Notes under the pieces: generated by a model
What the model saw: the letters and a program-made list of their open reading frames with translations, nothing else
What the model was told of the DNA's origin: nothing
Database searches by the model: none
Shown here: positions 26,570-39,860 of the stretch, in pieces
Layout of the letters: each line of letters opens with the position of its first letter
Numbering within the stretch: the stretch's first letter is position 1
Assembly: GCA_000388065.2 (NCBI GenBank)
Contig: KB932204.1
Direction: 5' to 3' (one strand)
DNA: 64,000 nt
Source: Fonticula alba ATCC 38817
Taxonomy: Eukaryota > Protista > Nucleariida
Made by a program: the position numbers and the translations under genes

Positions 26570-28080
26570 GAGCGGGAATCTGCCCCGGCTCCTTGTCCTG
26601 TCTTTTTGGGGGGAAGATGATGCCCCATCCGCTGCCTCGGCTTTTTCTGGTACACAGTCCCATGTCCCTGGCAAGGTGTCCCCGTCTCTCCCCCCCCCCC
26701 CCTGCCCTTGCGAATACACACCTACACACCCATGAGGAACACCCGCGCCACCCAAGCCGCACACATGCCACACATTCTGGGAGCGGGGCAGACGAGGAGA
26801 GGAAGGGGCCCTCGGTCTCCTCCCGCACCAGTGGCATGTGGACAAGGGAGGGGGGAGGGGATTCGTGAGAGAGCCGTGTTGGCCTCCGTCGAGGAGGGTC
26901 ATGCTTCGGGATGGCCACACTTTGGCCCGGGATGAGTGGATGGTGGGCGCCGTGCCGCGCGCAGGAGGTTGAGAGACCGGCGCGGACGAGCCCAGAGCCG
27001 AGTTCGTAACTCGGATGGCGTAACTCGTTTGCCACATGACTACTTTCATCAGTACTAACATGCTAGCTTTCCGGGTTCTGAAGGAATGCTGGAACGGCAG
27101 TTCTGGCAAGGCAAGCTCAGTATGTCGGACGTTCGTGCGGGGGTGCGCAGTCTCAAGCCCTGACCCTCGGGGGGCAAGGTCGAAACTCAACTGTGCAGCC
27201 TGGAGGAAGGCGCTTTCCCTTCTCCACCATCAACAGGACCAATCGGATAGATGACCAGAAAGGGATGTCGGTCGAAGCAGAACCCAGAGCCCAAGGAAAA
27301 CAGGGTGGTTGCTGCTGGAATACACGGGGCGAGGGAAACAAAGCACAAAGGCCCAGGTCAACCAAGAGAAGAAAGGGGAGATGGTGGACTCCTGGCAGGG
27401 GGGGATGATTTGGCACAGCGGCGGCCACTGCTCCTGACCCGGGCCCAGGGGAGGAAACGAGCGGGAGAGGAAAGGCGCGGAGGCGCAAGCGGAGCCCACC
27501 GATGCCGTCGTCCCTCCTCGCCTCTGGCCGTGCCGATAGGAGGACTGGGCCACATATTGGCACACAGAGCCGCACCTCTCTCTCGCTCTCTCTCTCTCCC
27601 CGGCCCACCCCCCCGAGAAAACCGCGCGGCCCCAACACCCCTCCCTCCCTCCCCTCCTACGAAGGAGAATATACATGAAGACACACACACACACACACGA
27701 CAGAACAACGGAAGATTGTAATATGACACGCGACAACGCTGAGCTGGATATGGTAGAGACATACGCACGCGCGCAGCAAGGGGGGGGCGCAGCCGCACGG
27801 GCGTCCTCCCACCTCTCCTCAGGATGCGCGCAGACGCGGCGGCAAGGGCGCGAGGAGTGCACTCTCGGTTGGCACGCTCCTCCACAGGCAGAGGGAGAAA
27901 GAACGTGCCGAAGAGGGGAGAGACAGCACTGCGGACCCCGCGCGGGCGCACGCGCACACGCAACACCACACAGGCGAGCCTGTGATCGAAACGGGGAGAA
28001 CACACGCACGGCGCGCGCGCGCGCGTGTGTCAACACACATGCCGATGCTCATCGTGCTTCACACACACACCACCAGGCGC

Positions 28081-29551
28081 TTAGATGCGAGAGGGGAAGA
28101 GCATCTACGACGAGGGAGGAGAGAGGAGAGGAGAGCGCAGGGGGATTAGGAAGGGTCAGAACCATGGACAGACAGAGAAAGGGGCAGTGCCGCGTGTGCC
28201 CGAGCGCGATAGCCGACGTATGGCAGGGCGCGCCACCACACACGGTCGGCGCCTCTCCCTGGCGCCGGCCCTCTATATCCCTCCTCGAAAGTGGGTGCGC
28301 GGAGGCACATGCGTGCGCCGACGAACCACCCCGGAGAAGAAAGATAGCCGCGCGCGCGCGCAACGAGCCCCCAGCCCGGCGCACGAGGGTCGGCCCCTGC
28401 CAGGGAGAGAACAGAAAGCCGAGCAGCGGACGTAGATGCTCGGAGAGGAAAGGGAAGAGGAGGGATTGGTACGTACGACGCGAACCTTGGCACCAAGCTT
28501 GTTGGAGGGGAGGTTCTTGGCGAACTTGGCGCGAACGACACCGCTGTTGCCGTGAGAGCGGGCAATGCGGCCCCAGACCTGCTTGGTGGTGGTGCCGTTG
28601 ACCTTCTTGGGGGAGGTGTAGACAAGGACGACGCGCTTGCCGAGGTAGAAGTCAGTGTCCTCCTTGGAGCGAACACCGTCGATCTTGATGAGAGAGAAGT
28701 TCTGGTCGAGCTTGCGCTTGGAGCGGGTGTGGCCGACGAAAACACCAGTGGAGTAAAGCCTGGACAAGTGGCAAACCGAGAGGGGGAGCGCGAAAAGCAA
28801 GTCGCCGGTTAGAGGTCAGGAGAGGGGCGCGCCAAGTGGAGGATGCAAAAAAGCGTGAGCCGTGCTCGAAGAGAAAAAGGCTATCTCAGGAGGGAAATCG
28901 GATGCGGGTCACATCCGACGCGCGTGCTCCCATTCCCCGCCCCCCTTCCACCAAACGGGCCGCCTGTGTTCCCCGACACGGAACCGGCTCTCTCTCCTTC
29001 TCGCGTCCTCTGTTGCCTCCTGTCGCCGAGGAAGGCGTGCCCCTGTCTCGGCTCCGATGATGGGGATCGGGGCCAGAGAATAAGTGCCCGGGTGGGTCCG
29101 GCGTGACATTGCCCCTCCCCTGCACGATGGCAGCCTCGAAAACACATCACCAGGGGAGGGGAGGGGGCCATGATGCCCCCCCTATGCACGGAGCAAATGG
29201 AGAGAGGGAGGGATCCAGGACAGGAGAAAGCATGACGATAGGCAACACACACACACACGCATACACACTCCCCCCTCCTGAAGGGCACACCGGCGACCAG
29301 GAGAGGGGAAGGAGGCGAGGGCGGTGGTGCCGGCAAGCAGAGGCCGACACGCCAGAAAGGCAGGAGGAGGAGGAGGAGAGAGAGGGGCGGTGGTCCGCGC
29401 GTCCGGAGGACAGACACCGTGTGGAAGGGAAGGGGGGCCGGGCACGCGCATAGGCGTGCAAACAATGCATGGGGGATGGGGAGGGCGGTGTGTGGAGGGC
29501 GGAGAGGGGCAAAACGGGGGGGGGAGGAGGAGGAGAGACATACTTGGTCAT
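28081..29551 (-). CDS. RPL35A: 60S ribosomal protein L35a (eL33), 3 exons
   Basis: MTK|LYSTGVFVGHTRSKRKLDQNFSLIKIDGV...FYLGKRVVLVY...WGRIARSHGNSGVVRAKFAKNLP...GAKVRV|MLFPSRI*. Exons 29551-29544, 28760-28477 and 28104-28081 join in phase. Confidence 0.96.
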
Positions 29552-31279
29552 TGTGACACGTCGAAACTCAGGAGGAGGAGATAATCTACAAAACCGGAGG
29601 AGACGAGAGGTAGGCGATGGGGGGGAGTGGCCAGGTGGGGTTTCAGAAAAATGTGTGCCAGTGTCCCCGCCACACTGGCCGGGGGGCTTGTCTGCCTGCC
29701 GGCCATAGACCCCCCCCCCGTGGGAGCGCGCAGGGGGAGGGGAGGGAGGGGCATCCAGCGGCGTCTCCCACTCCGGATGCCCCCCGTCACCCGCCTGAGC
29801 ACATCATCCCAGGGCGCCCGCCGACCTGCGAGGGCCTTGACCCGCGGCCTGCAGGCAGAGACGCGCGGAGGCCCCCCCCCCCCCCCCCCGATCCCGCGAT
29901 TGACCACGGCATTGCCCCCGGGAGCGGGGGGGAGGGGAGGGGGGGCGGGGGGGACAGCCCTCCCCCCTGGTGGCTCGGGCCGCACACACCGCCCACCCCC
30001 TCTCTCGCCTCGGGCCTCCCTCCATTTGGCCGCAAGATGCCGGAACATCCCCCCCCCGCCCCCCCACCCCCCGCCCCCCGCTGTCCAGGGTCCCAGTCCC
30101 CCTGTACATGCCCGGTCCTCCCCCCCTCCCAGGAAGAGCCCTTGCCGAGAACAGCCACCAGCAGCGTGGCAAGTCACAAGACCCTCTGGGGGCGACACCA
30201 GCGGGGCAAGAGGCAAGCCCATCATGAGCTCTGGCCGGGCCCACAGACGCGTTATGACCAGCCCCAGGGAGAGAACGCCGAGAGGATCATCGAAAGACAT
30301 CCATCTGACCGCAACCGCAAGCAACACCAACATACTCGGCACCCGTGCTGGCACCAGTTCCACACATTGTTCCGGGGGGCGCGCGTTGATGAGCGCCCCG
30401 CTCTCCGCCCCTCCGCGTGTGTCCCCCTGCATCATCACCACCATCAGCCCTGAGAGCAAATACCCGGGGGAGATTCCCGGCCTCCAGGCACAAGTCACCT
30501 CCCAATGGAAACCAAAAAACTTTCCCGCCGAATATGTGATTGGAGTCCCAAAAGTATTTGCCCATTTTTAGTGCGTATATTTCCTATTTCAAATGGCTTC
30601 TGTTCGGACATCATGCTTGGGGCCAAATCACATGTCCCGACAAATGGGCTATAGTTTTCAATCTGCGCCGGGAGGCCGCGCGCCTGCGAAAACCCATACG
30701 CCCCCTCGGTGTCGCGTTTGCTCCATTTCAAGTGACAGAGCGCCCGTCGTGATGGCCTCGGCTTTTGTTTGCTGCCGCCCTTCTCCCGGGCCAAGGGAGT
30801 GGCCATGATGAGTGCCGTGTTTCTCCTCCCCATCCTCTCGCTCGCGTGTGAGAGCCGATCCCAAGCCCGTGCGTGGACGGCCCCCCCCCGCCCCCCCCAA
30901 CAGAGAGGCGAGGCATGTCAGCATCCCAGGGTAATGGGCACGGATTTCTCGGAGCAGCTTTGTTCGGGATGTATTTTGTCTATTTAATAAGGCCAGCCCT
31001 CCTCTCTCATCCAACTCAGAAGGAAGGTAGTACGGAGGGGAAGGGAGATGTGGTGCACCAGACGTGTACCTGGTTTCTTCTTTGCGTCTGTGTACATCCA
31101 CACATGCGGGGAAGGAGGAGAGGAGAGGCGGGGGATCTGAAGGGAGGGGGGAGGCAAGAGTGCAACGGGAAGGGGAAGCAGGGGAGGGGGCAGGAGGAGA
31201 AGGAGGAAATACCCATACCGCACACGCACACGCACACACACACACACACATGCACGAGCGTGGGCATGGCGCACATCCT

Positions 31280-32618
31280 TTACTGGGAAGTGGGCACACG
31301 ATCGTAGATGTTGTTGAGCGGGCGCGAGGTGGCACGGTCGACGGCAACGGACATATCGGCGGGGCCGGCATGCTCGTCGCCCTCATCCTCGCTCTCGTCG
31401 ACGAGCGAGAGCTGGGCCTCGAACTCCTTCCGCGAGGAGGGCAGGTCACGAATGCGACCGGTGGTCATGGCCATGGTATCGCTGGCGGCGATGGCCGCCT
31501 GGCGGCGGAGGCGGTACGACTCGTAGCGGCTGTCGTTCAGCTGGGAGAACTGGGCAGCCAGCTTCTTGGTGTCATAGGTGGCCTGGGCCACAGTGCGGTT
31601 GTAGTTGGCACCCTCGGCAAACAGGGGAGAGGGGTTGCGCGCATTGTGGATGATAATGTCATTGATGCGCAGGACCGTGAGCTTCTGACGGTGGCCGCGC
31701 TTGCGCTCGTAGCCATGGCGGCTGGACCGGGAGGAAGGGGGGAGGGGGGGGGGGGGTAAAACATCAGCAGGTGAGTAGTCTGGGCGAGGGTACATTGAAA
31801 GGTGGGCATGTGGATGTGGGGCATGTACCGCTTCTTCTTGAAGTTGATGACCTTCTTGCCAAGAGTCTGCTCAATGACAGTGGCATAGACGGTGACATAC
31901 TCCTTGTTGACCAGGGGGAAGCCCACCAGGGAGAAACGACGGTCCCCGATGCGGCCACCAACCATGGTAACGTTGTCCAGCACAACCTGGGAGCCAACAT
32001 CGGCATCCTGTGTGCATCCGATTGCACGGTCACACAGGAGGAGGGGGGGGGGGGGCGTTCGTGGGTTAGTTTTGGGGGGCCGGCAAAGGAAGCGCCAGTC
32101 CGCCCGGCGGTAGTGATAGCGGGAGAGGGGGGGGGGGGGGTCGAGTTTCTACGCACACGCAGGCGATGGGTGACCACAATGTCCTCGGGGCGGATCTCGA
32201 AGCTGCGACCCGAGAAGACGCAGATGGCCGAGAGCTCCTGCGCGCGAGCCATGCTATCCAGGTGAGGGCCATGCTCGGTCACCGGGACGTCACCCTCAAC
32301 GGCAAGGGTATGCTCGATGCTCTCCTCGGGCTTGGTGAAGCCAGCCGAGTAGCCGGTCAGACGGAGGAGGCCGATTTCCCCCTTGACCTTGGCCAGGAGG
32401 CGGTTGGTCGAGGCCACAAGCGAAACGGGAGCGGTGTGGGCCACCGGCTTAAAGGGAGACACGTTGCCGCTGTTGTAGCCGGTAACGATGGACGACACGG
32501 CCGAGGTACGGAAGGTGCGCGCGATGGCGGCAGGGACAGCAGCGGCGACGGCCGGGCGGGCCGCAGTCTGCGCGACAGCGAGGCCGCGCAGGCTGGAGGC
32601 AACGGTCCGGGAGAGCAT
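31280..32618 (-). CDS. MRPL21: Mitochondrial ribosomal protein L21 (bL21m)
   Basis: Arg/Ala/Ser-rich presequence MLSRTVASSLRGLA; bL21 core SAICVFSGRSFEIRPEDIVVTHRL|ADVGSQVVLDNVTMVGG...VGFPLV...ATVIEQTLGKKVINFKKKR|HGYERKRGHRQKLTVLRINDI. Confidence 0.88.
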
Positions 32619-35536
32619 GGTTCCGAGGGAGAGGGGCGCGGAGCTTGTGTGCCTCGATGTGCGGGGTGGGCGAAGGAGGGGCGGGGAAGGGAGGAGAAGG
32701 GGGAGGGNNNNNNNNNNNNNNNNNNNNNNNNNNNNNNNNNNNNNNNNNNNNNNNNNNNNNNNNNNNNNNNNNNNNNNNNNNNNNNNNNNNNNNNNNNNNN
32801 NNNNNNNNNNNNNNNNNNNNNNNNNNNNNNNNNNNNNNNNNNNNNNNNNNNNNNNNNNNNNNNNNNNNNNNNNNNNNNNNNNNNNNNNNNNNNNNNNNNN
32901 NNNNNNNNNNNNNNNNNNNNNNNNNNNNNNGGGGGCGTCCCACGCTGTGTTTGAGCTTCGCGGACCACATGCCTCGCGGGCGTAGTCTTTTTCAAAAGCG
33001 CCCGCGAAAGGAGGCCTGGCTGGGTGGTAGGGCACATTTCTGGTTAGGGTTTTCAGGGAGCGGGGTAGCCGAGGCCGCGAGAACATAACATGATTCCAAT
33101 CCAACACACCAGAACCGACAACGGCATTCGGGCGTCTTCATTGGCACTTCGCACTTCTGTCAGGATAGCCAAGCGTGGCGACGCGTCTCTCGGTGCCAGG
33201 GTTGGGCACCGTGCTTGCCAGTTCTTGGGGAATTGGACCGGGGGGACGGCGGTGGGTGTTGCGGTCGGCCTCTCGCCCGGCGCTTGTGGATGGAGCCCTG
33301 CGGCTGGGTCTTTTTACTTTTGGCTCCCGGCGGGTGAACAGGCGCCAGGGGGCGCCGAGCAGCTCACAGGGGCGGCGCATGAATGTGGAGCAGGCGACAG
33401 CCGCCGACGGGTGTACAGTTGCTGCGTCCGCTCCCGCCATCTCTGGCGGCGGGTTCTGTTGTGCACGTTTCGCGCGGGATTCGCCCCGGGGCTAGCTTAG
33501 TCCGCCCCGCCCCCCCCCCCCCCCGGCCCAGGGTGCTGAGGATGTGGGCGTGGCAGTGAGAGACAGAGAGACAGAGAGGAAGGGAGGGAGACCAAGGGCA
33601 CGCATACGCGGATGACAGCCAATGCTCTCTCACCGAGGACCGGGAAGACTCGGGAGCTTTTCGGGTCCGGTGTGTTTGGCGGCGTGGTTGTGCGAGGCTG
33701 CCGCCTCCCTTGGCGTGCGGCAAATATCTTAGCTATAGACAAATTTGATGAGGCCGGATGGACGGCCTGCAGAGAAGCGCCACCTTTCTGTCTGTCCCGG
33801 GGTTGGGGGAGCGAGAGCCCGGGGAGCAGGCCCCCAGAGAGAGGTAACGGTGATGACCTTTGGTGTCTGGGCGAGAAGGCCCCGGCCGGGGGGGGGGGCG
33901 GCGGACATGCTCCCACCGCAGCCAGAGCCTCTGCCGTTGTGATGTGCGTGTGGCAAGGACCGGGGATGAGGGCCAGCAGCCGGGGGCTTGCGTGCTCTAG
34001 GCTTTGGCGTCACGCGCCGGCGCCGGAGCCCCTCTCACGTCCGGGATCGGCCGCGGTTGTCGCTTCGCCATTTGCCGGATATCGGGGCTTCGCCGCGGTC
34101 TGGCGGGAAAAAAAAAACGCTCCTTCCGATTGGCCGTCCTCGGTCGCGCCCGGGCGCTGTCCTCCAGGAGGCGACACATCGGGGTGTGCCGGGCGAGCGT
34201 GGGGGCCGTTTTCTGTCTTGCCGACGAGGGGCCCCGGCTGGCGCTGCATCCAACCCCGGAGTCTGATGCCGCCTGTACGCCCGGCGCATTGCTCGCGGGT
34301 GGGGGAATTTTTCTCACCCTCCCACCGGCGTGTTTTGCCCCCGCCCGGGGAATTGCCCCCCTTCTTCCCCACCCCCCTGTGGTTGGGGGCCCCTCCCTCG
34401 GTGTGGCTGCTTCCCCTCGCTCCTCGGCCTGCCCCCCTTCCCCCTGCATCGGCCGCGCATGTCCGGCTGGTGCTGGGTCGCACGTACTTGCCGGGGCTCG
34501 TATTTGTCTGTGCGTATGTGCTTCGGCGCCGGGTGTCCCCCTCTGGCCGTGTTTCGAGCAATGTGCAGAGGTGTAGCTGGGCTCTCGGCGCGCAGACATA
34601 AGCCTGATGAGAGCCTGTCTACGGGCTCCACGGCTGTTCAGGCACCCAGACCGGATGGATGCACTCGCGTGTGCCTGCTTGCTTCCCCCTCAGCCAGCTG
34701 CTGGACATGCCTGACACGCGCCTCTCTCTCTCTCTCTCTCTCTCTGGCTCTCGCTCGAAGGGAGTTGGCAAGTCGAGGGGGTGCGGGGGGGGGGAGGGGC
34801 TGCGACACCTGGACCGCGCCTCTCCTGTTCCAGCGAACACGGAAAGGGGGCGGGGGTATGGGCCGTGCTATCTCCCTGGCCGGGGGCGAGGGGCGGGTGC
34901 GGGGGGGGGGGGAAGGGTATCAGACACCCTCTTTGTTTCTGATCGGGTATTTGCGAGATCCCCTCCCTATGAACACGCCATCTCGCCCTCCGAACAAGGG
35001 AAAAGGGGCAGCCAGCGCTTGGGCCGCTGATTGGAGCCGGTTGATCTTCCGCCCGTCGATCCGAAGCCAGCCTGGCACAGCGGGGGGAGGGAGCAGGGGG
35101 CAACAGGCCGGGGTCTGGTGTCGAAGCGGGGGCAGTCTTCCATGTGTCAGGCATTCGTCTCTTGCAGGATGGTCCTCCCTCCGGAGGCCTTCCCCCTGGT
35201 GATGGGGGCTCGGCCGGGCCAGAGGCCATTTTCTGGTGGTGTTTTGAGCGCTGACTTGGAGCGGCCAGCGCGAGGGGTGGGGTGCGGATCTGTCATGCCG
35301 GACTTCGGTTGGGTAGGGAGGTCCCTCCCTCCCGCGGCCAGGCCAACCGCGTGTGATATCCCCTTCTGGGCGGGGAGGGGGGGGGGGCAGAAAGGGGGAC
35401 TATCGGGGCTCCCCTTTCCCACCCTCCTGGATCCGGTGCTAATGGTCGGAGAATGCACGTCCGGAGATCCCCCGGGGTCAGGACTATCGCGTGCATCGGC
35501 TCCCCGAAAGAGCTCTAGGCTATCTAGGTGCATCAG

Positions 35537-35800
35537 GCAACTGATCACCATCCTCCCCCCTTCCACCCTGTCCCCTGCCCCCCCCCCCCCCCCCCCGCCC
35601 CCCGGCCTGCCCTCGGAGGTCTCCAGCGCGGCGAGAATTAATCCAGTCGTAGTTTCGCGCCCCNNNNNNNNNNGCAACTGATCACCATCCTCCCCCCTTC
35701 CACCCTGTCCCCCCCCCCCCCCCCCCCCCCCCCGCCCCTCGGCCTGCCGTCGGAGGTATTCAGTGGGGCGAGAATTAATCCAGTCGTAGTTTCGCGCCCC
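35537..35800. repeat. Imperfect tandem duplication (~125 bp) across a 10-N gap; probable unmerged contig overlap
   Basis: gcaactgatcaccatcc...gagaattaatccagtcgtagtttcgcgcccc occurs at 35537-35663 and from 35674. Mismatches cluster just after the poly-C run. Confidence 0.9.
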
Positions 35801-35983
35801 TCCCCGGGGGGACAACGGGTGAGGAGGGGTAGATCAACTGGCATTGGCCGTTTCAAACAGCCCAAAGTTGGAGACCGCCTCACTCAGCCCAGAGACCTGG
35901 GGATGGGCTGGGCCAGAGGAGGGGGCCTTCTTGCATGACAGTCCCTCCAACGCGCCCTCTCCATCTTTTACTCGCCCGGTGCC

Positions 35984-36078
35984 GCTTCCAGAGCCTTGAC
36001 TGGGGGGCTAGAGATGACTCCGCGGCAGGTCTTTCCGTGCGATCCCTGTGCCAGGCACCAGGCGCTGTGGTGGGTGAT
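35984..36078. repeat. 95-bp dispersed repeat, copy 1 (copy 2 at 41014-41108)
   Basis: gcttccagagccttgactgggggg...ggcgctgtggtgggtgat is identical at both positions by eye. Confidence 0.93.
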
Positions 36079-36788
36079 GCTACCCCCCTCTTCCCCGACA
36101 CCAACCCGCAAGCCTTTTCCCCCTGCCCGTGCTCCTTCAGCCTCACCTATTTACCCGGCCTGCCCGCCCCCCGCGGCCTGCCCCCGAGAGAGAGCATCCT
36201 GCCTCTGATCGACGACCACGCACCCCCCCCCCCTCCTCCACATTCGCCTGTGTTGTGCCAGCCTTCCTTACCACCGCCTCCTGTGCCCCCCTCTGTCATC
36301 GTGCGTGTCGCTCTTGTCCTTAGATCTTCAGCCTTTCTCCTTGCTCGCCGACTCTCCTGTGCTCTCCTGTGCTCTCCTACTCCTCCCTACTCCTCCCTGT
36401 GCCTGCCTGCTCCTCCCTGCTCCCCCTCGCCTCTCTCTCTCTCTCTCTCGTCAGAGACAGCCATAACCACACCGACCCTCATGGTCAGATGTGTATATGG
36501 GTCTGTGCAGCGCATATGGGAGACATTGTTCCCCGGCCAGTTCAATATGCTCGCCTCTAACCCGAAAGCACCGCCCGATGCCACCCCTCTATCTGTCTCT
36601 CCTCCCTCAGCAAAGGGGAAATCTAGGTATACACTGTCTCGGCTCTCCTCCTTCTCGGTTCTACCCCGGCCCGGCCCCTTCCCACTAACGCTTCAGATGT
36701 TGTCGCTTGCACCGGCCCATGCTCCCTCCTGTCCCGCCACCCCTTGCGCCCTTTTCGCAAACCACCCTTGAAGGCCTCTGTCTGCACC

Positions 36789-38708
<1,920 letters not shown>

Positions 38709-39860
38709 TTTTGCGATCTCCTCCCTCCTTCTCTTCGCTGGCCGGTCCCTCGCTCTCTCTCCCCACTATATCCCCACTATATCCCCCCCCCCCTCTTTCC
38801 CTCCTCGTTGTTGTCCTCCCCCCCCTCCTATTGCACCGCGCACAGGCCAGACNNNNNNNNNNNNNNNNNNNNNNNNNNNNNNNNNNNNNNNNNNNNNNNN
38901 NNNNNNNNNNNNNNNNNNNNNNNNNNNNNNNNNNNNCACGCAATGTGGTGTTCGCGCGCCCACATGCTCTTGAGCGTGTCCATCCGCCAGGCCGCCCCCC
39001 TTCCTTTCTCTCCCCTTCTTGACTTTTCGCCGTGACACATGCGGCCACATGCGTTTACGTGCGAATGCAAGCCAAGAAGGACCGAGGAAAGCGTGTGTAT
39101 GGATATGTGCTTGCTCATACCCCTACGCGCGCTCACGGCATAGACGGCAAGAGGGATTGCGCCCGCTGTTCTCTATCGAAGGAGAACAAACCCTCTCTGT
39201 GCATGTGGTTGAGGAAAAGACAACCGGTGTATGTGTGTGTGTGTGTGTAGGTGTACAGGTGTGTCTTGCCACGCGCTGTGCGCGTGTGTGTTCCTCCCTC
39301 CCTCCGCCCTGGACCCCCCCCCCTTCATGTCCTCTTGTTATAGATGATGTTTCGCAGAGAGCTTTTGCTGCCACCCATGCGTGTGCGGGAGCGTGTTTGG
39401 AATGATGGAGGCCTATGCCCCCGCTGCCCTTCCTACGCCCGGAGGAGTCAAAATGGTGGCCCACCTTTGTGCGCCCCCATATGCGGAGGTGTATATGTAT
39501 ATATGTATGTATATAGAGAGGGGTGTATGAGCTGCCCACGCCGCGGCGTGGGGGACAGGGAGATAGGACACACCGCGGGCAGGAGGAGAGACGGGGAGAA
39601 GGGGAGAGAGGCGGGGAGGGGGAGAGCACCCCCTGCCATCCGATCATGAAAATGGCCGGTGCCAGAGGGCAGAAAGGGGGGAAGAGCTATGTATGTGTTT
39701 TACGTGTATGTTTTTTTTCTCCCGGCTGTGGGGGAACACATATGGGAGTGGGGGGGAGTGGGGGGGGGAGGGGAAGACGCGTGACAGATGCGCACTCACG
39801 CGCACCTGTCAGCCACCCATGCGGGAGGGGGCCACCACGCGGTCAGTGAGGCTGGGGAGC

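Noticed and set aside
27046-27052. CTGATGA on the minus strand, like a hammerhead ribozyme core
   Set aside because: No downstream stem II plus GAAA at the required position.
27230-27440. Peptide ISPFFSWLTWAFV resembling an ABCC transporter N-terminal motif
   Set aside because: No other ABC exons nearby; short stop-bounded frame in probable UTR or intergenic DNA.
33330-33368. SRP RNA helix-8-like string GGGTGAAC...CCAGG...GAGCAG
   Set aside because: Spacing between CAGG and AGCAG is 8 nt with no GNRA tetraloop, and no Alu domain or helix 6 is recognisable.
35537-35800. Tandem duplication as a biological repeat
   Set aside because: It straddles a 10-N gap with errors after poly-C, typical of an unmerged overlap.
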